This document shows, piece after piece, positions 57,103-64,000 of a stretch of DNA of 64,000 bases. Under the pieces are notes generated by a model. That model was not told the DNA's origin and searched no databases. It saw only the letters and a program-made list of their open reading frames with translations. Location of the stretch: contig CAYQQO010000002.1 of assembly GCA_964420115.1 (NCBI GenBank), positions 726 through 64,725 of the forward strand, in the 5' to 3' direction. Numbering within the stretch: position 1 is the first letter of the stretch; each line of letters opens with the position of its first letter. The position numbers and the translations under genes were made by a program. The DNA is from an uncultured Candidatus Saccharibacteria bacterium. GTDB taxonomy: Bacteria > Patescibacteriota > Minisyncoccia > Portnoybacterales > UBA2143.

Positions 57103-58011
57103 TTAAAAAGTTTCTTCATGCGGAGAAACTCTTTTGAATCTCATGAGCCTTAATATTCGTCTCCGAGCGCCCACTGCCTCGCGAGAAATACCCAATTCTC
57201 CGGCCAGCTGACGGTCATTCATTTTTTGCCAGTTTGACTTAAGAAACTCCAGTTTATCGCTCGGCCAATAAGGCGATTGCCGGGAAAGCCATTTGCCGTG
57301 GCAGGACCGACGGCAGAAAAAATACTTCTGCGAAGGCTTGATAAACGACTTGCGCCGCTCAAATGGCTCGCCGCAGCCAGAACATATTTTTTGAACAACT
57401 TCTGGACGGGAGTAAACCAACGCACTATCAATGCCAAGCCGTTCAGCTTGATCCTTAATAGTATAGACAGAAATTTTCATTTTCTGCGAAAGAGGAGAAG
57501 CGCCGTTCTCTTTTTTTAGAGCCGCTTCCAACCACTCTTTATCTGCCAACTCTGGCCTACTATGCCTGTTAGCATACCAAAGAGGACTTTTTTCTTTTGC
57601 TCCTCCCAAGTCATTGACCAACTGAGAAACCCGCTCTCTGCTAATACCAAACTGACGCGCTACATCTGTTTGGGTGAGGCCGCCGTGGGTAAGAATATTT
57701 TCCAGCCATTTAGGGTTAATTCGCGCTTTTTTTCTTGTTTTTTTCCGTTTGAGCCCCAAGGATAATCTCCTGTACCGCGCTTGGACGCGAGTTAATCCGA
57801 GGTGTTGAGCTATTTCGCCATCTCCCATTTTTTGCCAGTTTTCCTTAATAAAGACATCTTCCTTTTTTCTGGAGACAGAAGAAGTCTTTTTCATCAAGGC
57901 CAGTCCCTTTTTCAGAGCCTGCTCAACTACTTCTTCCGGCGGTAAATCCAGCTTTTCTGAAACAGCTACCGCTTTCTTATAAAGCTTTTCTTTTACCATA
58001 AATCTCGGCAT
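57103..58011 (-). CDS. putative transcription regulator with three sigma-70 region-4-like HTH modules and a C4 zinc ribbon
   Basis: Internal repeats ENWQKMGDGEIAQHLGLTRVQARYRRLSLGL and SNWQKMNDRQLAGELGISREAVGARRRILRLMR, a central GLTQTDVARQFGISRERVSQLVNDLG, and CSGCGEP...CRRSCHGKW. A GGAGGT RBS precedes the ATG. Confidence 0.5.
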   Translation of the reverse strand: MPRFMVKEKLYKKAVAVSEKLDLPPEEVVEQALKKGLALMKKTSSVSRKKEDVFIKENWQKMGDGEIAQHLGLTRVQARYRRLSLGLKRKKTRKKARINPKWLENILTHGGLTQTDVARQFGISRERVSQLVNDLGGAKEKSPLWYANRHSRPELADKEWLEAALKKENGASPLSQKMKISVYTIKDQAERLGIDSALVYSRPEVVQKICSGCGEPFERRKSFIKPSQKYFFCRRSCHGKWLSRQSPYWPSDKLEFLKSNWQKMNDRQLAGELGISREAVGARRRILRLMRFKRVSPHEETF

Positions 58012-58147
58012 TTCTTACCTCCTTTTATATTTTGATGTTAACGAACTTTTAAAAAATTAAGGTATATGCAAACAAAACGGCGCAGAGTATAATTAAAATT
58101 ATAGATGGTGAATTATAAATAGTCAAGTTGAAATGAGAAATAACTGT

Positions 58148-58176
58148 TTGACATTGTTTCTAAAAATGATTAAACT
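58148..58176 (+). promoter_or_regulatory. sigma70-like promoter TTGACA-N17-TAAACT upstream of grpE
   Basis: Read directly. No CIRCE or HAIR inverted repeat is visible in 58012-58184. Confidence 0.45.
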
Positions 58177-58184
58177 ATTTAAAA

Positions 58185-58670
58185 ATGGCTAAAGAAAAGA
58201 TTACTTATCAGACAGAAGGAGAAGGGGATAAGAAAGACCAGATTAAAAAATTAAAAAATAAACTGAAAAGCTGTCAAAAGGAAAAGGAGGAGTATTTAAC
58301 TCTAGCCCAAAGAGCCAGGGCTGATTTGATCAATTACCGTCGAAGGCAGGAAGAAGCAGTAGAAGAGATGAGAAAATATAGTCAAGTAAATTTAATAAGA
58401 GAAATTCTTTCTGTTTTAGACAGCTTGGCAATCGCCGGAAAAGAAAACAAAGATGTTTTAAAAATTAAAGAACAATTGGAAAAAGTTTTGGCAGATACAG
58501 GGGTAAAAGAAATAAAAAGCAGGGGGGAAAAATTTAATCCAGAAATTCACGAAGCGGTTGAACAGGTTAAATCAGAAGAAAAAGAAGGAATGATTGCAGA
58601 AGAAATACAAAAAGGATATTTCTTAAATGGTAAAGTGATAAGGCCGAGCAGAGTTAGAGTGGCCAAGTGA
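58185..58670 (+). CDS. grpE: nucleotide exchange factor GrpE
   Basis: Long N-terminal helix (ARADLINYRRRQEEA) and a C-terminal beta domain (FNPEIHEAVEQV...GYFLNGKVIRPSRVRV). Confidence 0.85.
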   Translation: MAKEKITYQTEGEGDKKDQIKKLKNKLKSCQKEKEEYLTLAQRARADLINYRRRQEEAVEEMRKYSQVNLIREILSVLDSLAIAGKENKDVLKIKEQLEKVLADTGVKEIKSRGEKFNPEIHEAVEQVKSEEKEGMIAEEIQKGYFLNGKVIRPSRVRVAK

Positions 58671-58775
58671 ATTTTTTAAATTTTAATTAAATAAAGAGAT
58701 AAAAAAAACTAACAGTCAAATTACCGAGGGTCGTATAAACGGCCGTAGGAAAATAAGCTGTTAGCAAAATATTTT

Positions 58776-59234
58776 ATGCCTATTAAATGGAAACCATTCA
58801 GGGATTTAGAAAGATCTTTTCCTGCGCCTAATATGCCTGCGCCTGGCGCGCCCGGACAAGAGGAAGATAACTGGGTTCCTTTTGTCCCTCATTCCAGGGC
58901 GGAGGAGCCGGCTGTTGATATTTATCAGGATAAAAAGAACCTTTATGTTGAAGTTTCTTTAGGCGGCATTAAGCCGGAAAATGTTGAAGTTTCCGTTGAA
59001 GATAATACTCTGACCATTCAAGGAAAAAGCCAAGAAAAAAAAGAAGTTAAAGAAAGAGATTATTTGAAAAGAGAAATTGTTAAGGGGAGCTTCCACAGGG
59101 TTATCAGGCTCCCGTCGGAAGTAAAAGAAAGCAAGGCCTCTGCTGAAAGTACAGGCGGAATACTGAAAATCACTATCCCCAAGACAGACAAACCAGCTGC
59201 TGAAACAAAGAAAATCCCTATTAAAATAAAGTAA
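58776..59234 (+). CDS. Hsp20/alpha-crystallin family small heat shock protein
   Basis: ACD core VDIYQDKKNLYVEVSLGGIKPENVEVSVEDNTLTIQGK...GSFHRVIRLP...GILKITIPK. Confidence 0.85.
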   Translation: MPIKWKPFRDLERSFPAPNMPAPGAPGQEEDNWVPFVPHSRAEEPAVDIYQDKKNLYVEVSLGGIKPENVEVSVEDNTLTIQGKSQEKKEVKERDYLKREIVKGSFHRVIRLPSEVKESKASAESTGGILKITIPKTDKPAAETKKIPIKIK

Positions 59235-59301
59235 CGGCGGATAATATATAACAGCAATTTACGAAAGCAATTGTTGTTAGTTATCCGTTGTTTTGTAAAT
59301 T

Positions 59302-61155
59302 ATGAGTAAAATAATTGGCATTGATTTGGGTACTTCTAATTCAGCCGCTTCTGTTGTTGAAGCGGGCAAACCGACAATAATCCCTTCAGCTGAAGGAACG
59401 GTTGTCGGCGGAGGCAAGGCCTTCCCTTCGTATATCGCTTTTGACAAAGAAGGAAATTTGTTAGTTGGCGAGCCGGCCAGAAGACAGGCGGTAACCAACC
59501 CGGAAAATACTATTACCGCCTTTAAGAGAAAAATGGGAACAAAAGAAAAAATTTCTTTAGGCGGCAAGGAATATACCCCTCAACAGCTTTCCGCTTTTGT
59601 TCTGCAAAAAATAAAAAAAGACGCCGAGGCCTATTTAGGCGGAGCGGTCTCCAAGGCGGTTATTACTGTCCCTGCCTATTTTAACGACTCGCAAAGGCAG
59701 GCGACAAAAGACGCCGGCGCTATTGCCGGTCTGGAAGTAGTAAGGATTATTAACGAGCCAACTGCCGCTTCTTTGGCTTACGGCATTGATAGGGCCGGCC
59801 AGGAAGAAAAAATACTTGTTTTTGATTTTGGCGGCGGCACTTTGGATGTGACAATTATGGATTTTGGCGATGGTGTTTTTGAAGTCAAGGCGACTTCCGG
59901 CGACACCCAGCTGGGGGGGACGGATATGGACGAACTTTTAGTTGAATATATTTCTGAAGAATTTAAAAAAGAAAACGGGGTTGACATAAAACAAGACAAA
60001 ACAGCTCTCCAACGCCTGAAAGAGGGAGCTGAAAAAGCAAAAATTGAACTTTCTTCCACTTTAGAAACAGATATAAATCTCCCTTTTATCAGCGCTGATT
60101 CAAGCGGTCCAAAACATTTGGCAATGAAAATTAGCCGGGCCAAGTTGGAAGAACTGGTTAAGCCGATTATTGAAAAATGCAAGGAGCCATTAGAGCAGGC
60201 ACTAAAAGACGCCAAAGCAAGCTCTGATGATATCACCAAAATTATTTTAGTCGGCGGGCCGACAAGAATGCCGACTGTTCAGAGTTTCGTGGAAGAATAC
60301 GCCGGCAAAAAAATTGAAAGAGGCATTGATCCAATGGAGTGTGTGGCGATAGGAGCGGCTATCCAGGGAGCAGTTTTAGGCGGAGAAATGAAAGACGTTC
60401 TTTTGCTTGATGTTACTCCCTTAACATTGGGGATTGAAACTTTAGGCCAAGTTATGACACCCTTAATTGAAAGAAATACAACCATCCCGGCTTCTAAAAA
60501 ACAAATCTTTTCAACAGCCGCTGACAACCAGCCCTCTGTGGAAATTCATATCCTTCAGGGGGAAAGGCCGATGGCCGGAGACAACCGAACGCTCGGCCGC
60601 TTTATGCTAGACGGTATCCCTCCCGCGCCAAGAGGAGTGCCGCAAATTGAAGTGACTTTTGACATTGACGCCAACGGCATTTTAAATGTCAAAGCTAAAG
60701 ATAAAGCGACAAACAAAGAGCAGTCAATTACTATTACTGACTCCTCATCCCTTTCTAAAGAAGATATTGAAAAAATGAAGCGGGAAGCAGAAGCCCATGC
60801 CGAAGAAGACAAAAAGAAAAAAGAATTAATTGAGACGAAAAATCAGGCAGAAACCTTAATTTTTTCAACTGAAAAAGCATTAAAAGAAGCAGGGGATAAG
60901 GTCAAGCCGGAAGATAAAAAGGAAGTAGAAGAAAAATTGGAAGCGCTTAAAAAAACAAAAAACGAAAGCGAAATAGAGCCGCTTAAGAAAGCAACCGAGG
61001 AATTATCGCAGGTGATTCAGAAAATTGGCGCTCAATTATACCAAAAAGTTGAAGAAGAAAAAAAAGAGCAGTCAGAGCCGGAAATAAAAGGAGAAGATAA
61101 GGGTAATAAGGAAAAAACAGTAGAAGGGGAGTACGAAGAGGTAAAGGAGAAATGA
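59302..61155 (+). CDS. dnaK: molecular chaperone DnaK (Hsp70)
   Basis: [26 protein letters not shown] and the rest of the Hsp70 NBD/SBD signature set, with an acidic C-terminus. Confidence 0.95.
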   Translation: MSKIIGIDLGTSNSAASVVEAGKPTIIPSAEGTVVGGGKAFPSYIAFDKEGNLLVGEPARRQAVTNPENTITAFKRKMGTKEKISLGGKEYTPQQLSAFVLQKIKKDAEAYLGGAVSKAVITVPAYFNDSQRQATKDAGAIAGLEVVRIINEPTAASLAYGIDRAGQEEKILVFDFGGGTLDVTIMDFGDGVFEVKATSGDTQLGGTDMDELLVEYISEEFKKENGVDIKQDKTALQRLKEGAEKAKIELSSTLETDINLPFISADSSGPKHLAMKISRAKLEELVKPIIEKCKEPLEQALKDAKASSDDITKIILVGGPTRMPTVQSFVEEYAGKKIERGIDPMECVAIGAAIQGAVLGGEMKDVLLLDVTPLTLGIETLGQVMTPLIERNTTIPASKKQIFSTAADNQPSVEIHILQGERPMAGDNRTLGRFMLDGIPPAPRGVPQIEVTFDIDANGILNVKAKDKATNKEQSITITDSSSLSKEDIEKMKREAEAHAEEDKKKKELIETKNQAETLIFSTEKALKEAGDKVKPEDKKEVEEKLEALKKTKNESEIEPLKKATEELSQVIQKIGAQLYQKVEEEKKEQSEPEIKGEDKGNKEKTVEGEYEEVKEK

Positions 61156-61213
61156 CATTAACAAAATCGCGGTATCAGTGATAATCTTAAATGTGAGAAG
61201 CACATAACAATGA

Positions 61214-61246
61214 AACGGTGGCCTTTTTTTAACGGTGGCCTTTTTT
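61214..61246. repeat. tandem direct duplication of AACGGTGGCCTTTTTT (2 units)
   Basis: aacggtggccttttttt aacggtggcctttttt read directly, 59 nt after the dnaK stop. Confidence 0.6.
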
Positions 61247-61721
61247 AAGGGAACTCTAAAGATAACCTCTGATAATATTGCTAACAAATGGCTGTCTGGC
61301 AGGAAACATGCCAGGACATTTTTTGTTGAGAATGCCCTTGGACGTTTCTATCCAAAAAAAACACACTGAAGTGTCATTAATGGTTGACGCAATGATTAAT
61401 ATTTTAGATGACTTATTTGATAAACAAATGAACAAACAAAAAAAGGATGTACATTATAGAATTTTTACGGGCTTTTTCTCTGTGTAACATGCTGTGTAAG
61501 ATGTATAATCCTATCTCAAGGGCGCAAACTTCAATGGCTCACTATTTTGATGAATTAATTTCTTTGGTGGCTGTGGAACAAGTGTACGGCAGTAAAATTG
61601 CTCAAGAAAAAGATAAAAAAGAAACATTAAGGTGGTTGAGGAACCCTTAGAATAGCATTTTTTCCTTAATTTTTTGCTGGTCGATTATTATAAAATTTTG
61701 GATATTCAAAAGTATTTTTAG

Positions 61722-62579
61722 ATGGGAGAAATATTTAGAATAGTTTGGCGAGAATTTATTTACGGTGGCCACTTACAATCATTAGGGGCTGCCAGCATTA
61801 TTTTTGTTTCGGCTATTTTGCTAGAGCTCCCGGTTACTTTAGATTGTTTAATTATTTCTTACTTATTTTTTTACCCCTTATATTTATATAATCGTTTTAA
61901 GGAAATTGATATTGATTTTTTGACCAATCCACACAGATCTAAGCATTTAAGTACTTATCTTAGGTATATCCCCTCAATTCTTTTACTTAATTTAATATTG
62001 GTATTCATTGGTCTTATTTATTTCAGCAATTCAGAAACTTTGCTTTTTGCATTTGTTTTAATTGCTCTTGGTCTGCTTTATACAACCATATTTAAGGGGC
62101 TGACGGAAAAATTATTTCTTTTTAAAAATCTTTATGTTGCTCTTTTTTTTGCGGCTTTGGTTTTTTTCTTTTTAATTTATTATAGATATTATTTAGATAA
62201 TTTTTTGATAGCTAAGGCGGTTATTTTATCGGTTTTTGTGTTCTTTAAAGCTCTAATTATGCAAATTTTCTTTGATTTGAAAGATATAGAGAGTGATAGA
62301 AAAAAGAGATTACGGACTCTGCCTATTATTATGGGGAAAAAATCCACCCTTAAAATTCTTAAAACATCAACTCTTTTAGTTGGCATTCTGATTCCCTTTT
62401 TATCTTCTGTTTATTTTAATATTCTTCCTTTATTTTTCTTAATGCTTATTTTAACAATCCCATTTAATTTTTATTCTTTTTATTTATCTAAGAGAAATAA
62501 ATATAGTGGTTATATTATTGGAAGTGGAGAGTTTGTTTTGTGGTCAATTTTAATTCTAATCGGTAAATTTCTCATATAA
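61722..62579 (+). CDS. UbiA-family prenyltransferase
   Basis: About 8 TM helices. Asp-rich motifs YNRFKEIDIDFLTN and FFDLKDIESDRKKRLRTLP correspond to the two UbiA D-rich motifs. Confidence 0.6.
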   Translation: MGEIFRIVWREFIYGGHLQSLGAASIIFVSAILLELPVTLDCLIISYLFFYPLYLYNRFKEIDIDFLTNPHRSKHLSTYLRYIPSILLLNLILVFIGLIYFSNSETLLFAFVLIALGLLYTTIFKGLTEKLFLFKNLYVALFFAALVFFFLIYYRYYLDNFLIAKAVILSVFVFFKALIMQIFFDLKDIESDRKKRLRTLPIIMGKKSTLKILKTSTLLVGILIPFLSSVYFNILPLFFLMLILTIPFNFYSFYLSKRNKYSGYIIGSGEFVLWSILILIGKFLI

Positions 62580-64000
62580 TGGATTTTTCTTTTTTTAATA
62601 AACTAATTGTATTTTTAATTGACATCATTGCTGTTTGGATCGGTGTTTTAGTTTGTTCTAGCAAGCCCAGAAAAAAAATAAATTGGATATTTATATTGAT
62701 GGTTATTTTGATGCTTTTCTGGGTTAACTTTGCTTTTTTTGCTAGGTTGGTTGGCGCAGCTAACTTTTCTTTATCTTCTTTATTTCTTAAAATCGCTTGG
62801 TTTGTGACGCCTCTCTTCTTTGTTTTTCTATATTTTTTAGTGGTTTATCTCATTGAACAGGAGAAAAAGTACAGGGTTTTAAGTGTTTTTGTTTCGGTGT
62901 TCGGCATTACAGCAACTCTTGTTACGGGATTTAGTAATTTAGTTATTGATGATCTCATATTTATTAATGGTGATTTGACTATAGCATATGGGAAAGGAAT
63001 GTTTCCTTTCTTGGGAATAATTTTCTTTTTAATATGTACGACACTTTATCCTTTAATAAGAACATATTTGAAATCTTCATCAGAAGAAAAGAAGGAAAAG
63101 TTGGAATATTTATTGATAGGAATTTTTATATTTTATCTCGGTAATTTTATATTTAATATTTTCTTTCCGATATTTCTAGGTATATCCCGTTTGTATTATT
63201 TTGGTGACTATTCTGCTATATTTTTAATAGGTCTGACTGGTTATGCGATCACTAAAAAACAACTTTTTGGAATAAGGGTAATTTTGACTCAGCTTTTAGT
63301 CGGAGCGATAGCTATTTTACTTCTTTGGCAGGCTGTTGTTGTAATTCCTAATTGGTTTGAATTTTCGTGGAAGATTATTTTATTTTTACTCTTTTTAGTT
63401 TTTGGCTATCTTTTATTTCGCAGTGTCAGAGAAGAAATTAAGCGCCGCGCCGAACTCCAGCAACTCTATCTTAAGGTAGACAAACTATCCAAAGCTAAAT
63501 CCGACTTTATTTCCATTGCTTCTCATCAGTTAAGAACTCCTGTTTCAGTTATTAAGGGTATTGTTTCTATGATAAAAGAGGGTGATTTTGAAAAGTTAGC
63601 CAAGGAGAAAAAAGAAAGGTTTATTAATAATTTATGGCAAAAAAGTTGTAAATTAGAAGACATTATTAACGACATTCTTAACGCTACTGAAATGACCGCT
63701 GCTAAGTACGACGTTAGTAAGGATCAGGCGCGAATGATTAACTTAGTTAAGCTCATTAAAAATATAATTGACGATTTTGCAGAGGGGGCAGAGGAGCGAG
63801 GTATCAAGATATATCTAAAAGCAGATTCTCAAAAAACACCTAAAATATATGGAGAGATAAAGTATCTCAGAGAAGCGTTTGGCAATATAATAGATAACGC
63901 TATTAAATATACTCCCTCAATTAAAAAGAATCATGAATCAAGAGATGTCCGCGAAGAGAAAGGAATTATTCGCATAAACATTGCAAAACAAGACAACAAT
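62579..64000 (+). CDS. sensor histidine kinase with polytopic N-terminal sensor domain (3' end outside window)
   Basis: Hand translation is open to the window end (ATG 62579 overlaps the UbiA stop as TAATG). About 7 TM helices, then HisKA FISIASHQLRTP and N-box NIIDNAIKYT. Confidence 0.75.
   Translation, partial: MDFSFFNKLIVFLIDIIAVWIGVLVCSSKPRKKINWIFILMVILMLFWVNFAFFARLVGAANFSLSSLFLKIAWFVTPLFFVFLYFLVVYLIEQEKKYRVLSVFVSVFGITATLVTGFSNLVIDDLIFINGDLTIAYGKGMFPFLGIIFFLICTTLYPLIRTYLKSSSEEKKEKLEYLLIGIFIFYLGNFIFNIFFPIFLGISRLYYFGDYSAIFLIGLTGYAITKKQLFGIRVILTQLLVGAIAILLLWQAVVVIPNWFEFSWKIILFLLFLVFGYLLFRSVREEIKRRAELQQLYLKVDKLSKAKSDFISIASHQLRTPVSVIKGIVSMIKEGDFEKLAKEKKERFINNLWQKSCKLEDIINDILNATEMTAAKYDVSKDQARMINLVKLIKNIIDDFAEGAEERGIKIYLKADSQKTPKIYGEIKYLREAFGNIIDNAIKYTPSIKKNHESRDVREEKGIIRINIAKQDNN

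Noticed and set aside
58012-58184. CIRCE (TTAGCACTC-N9-GAGTGCTAA) or HAIR (CTTGAGT-N7-ACTCAAG) heat-shock operators upstream of grpE/dnaK
   Set aside because: Searched by eye; only a plain TTGACA-N17-TAAACT promoter and an AGTCAAGTTGAAATGAG stretch are present, with no matching inverted repeat.
1-64000. CRISPR arrays, transposases/IS elements, integrases, rRNA genes, tmRNA, RNase P RNA and SRP RNA
   Set aside because: No regularly spaced direct repeats, no DDE/serine/tyrosine recombinase ORFs, and none of the diagnostic conserved RNA motifs (e.g. the GGTTCGAATCC acceptor-like end outside the tRNAs, the GAAAGTCCGG P4 element) were seen.
1-64000. Alternative genetic code (UGA recoding, as in some CPR lineages)
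   Set aside because: Long conserved genes terminate at TGA (e.g. uvrA 15035-15037, phosphomannomutase 26869-26871) and read cleanly with the standard code, so table 11 applies. The single in-frame TAG at 19012 is treated as a gene lesion, not a recoding.

Overview
This 64-kb window looks like a compact, low-GC (roughly 35%) bacterial chromosome segment. The gene repertoire and the many domain-minimised proteins suggest a Candidate Phyla Radiation / Patescibacteria-type genome (inference, not proven). It uses the standard code: TGA ends several genes, e.g. uvrA at 15035-15037. The region is dense with housekeeping genes and has no transposase, integrase, CRISPR array or rRNA.

Identified genes include:
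- a redox/thiol-disulfide cluster: ferredoxin, a CxxC membrane protein, glutaredoxin, trxB and a thioredoxin::CcdA-like fusion
- the NER operon uvrB-uvrA-uvrC
- hppA, a ZIP transporter, a family-4 UDG and mnmA
- a frameshifted paralog of the thioredoxin::CcdA-like fusion
- phosphomannomutase, trpS, prfA, rpmE, rpsB and tsf
- a tRNA cluster (Thr-Tyr-Thr) followed by rpmG, a MazG-like gene, tRNA-Trp and an ECF-type sigma factor
- uppS, pcm, mltG and a DJ-1-family gene
- rplJ-rplL and tRNA-Val
- the dcw cluster mraZ-rsmH-ftsL-ftsI-murF and tRNA-Glu
- a Ca2+-type P-type ATPase next to a CaCA antiporter
- rmuC, rplU, recR, dnaB, cysS and corA
- a triple-HTH regulator divergent from grpE-hsp20-dnaK
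- a UbiA prenyltransferase and a partial sensor histidine kinase

The most interesting observations are:
- the redox cluster with two Cys-rich thioredoxin::CcdA-like fusions, one broken by a 1-nt frameshift in a C-tract
- a 24-bp palindromic operator over the glutaredoxin/trxB promoter
- coordinated domain loss in UvrA, UvrB and UvrC
- an RF1 lacking domain 1
- a sigma70 promoter plus AAATGTGG direct repeats (MraZ/DnaA-box-like) upstream of mraZ
- an in-frame amber codon in an HlyD-like gene
- a small basic ORF/sRNA unit between rpmE and rpsB
- a structured leader before the Ca2+ ATPase/antiporter pair

Coordinates of small elements were hand-indexed from the printed sequence and may be off by a few nt.
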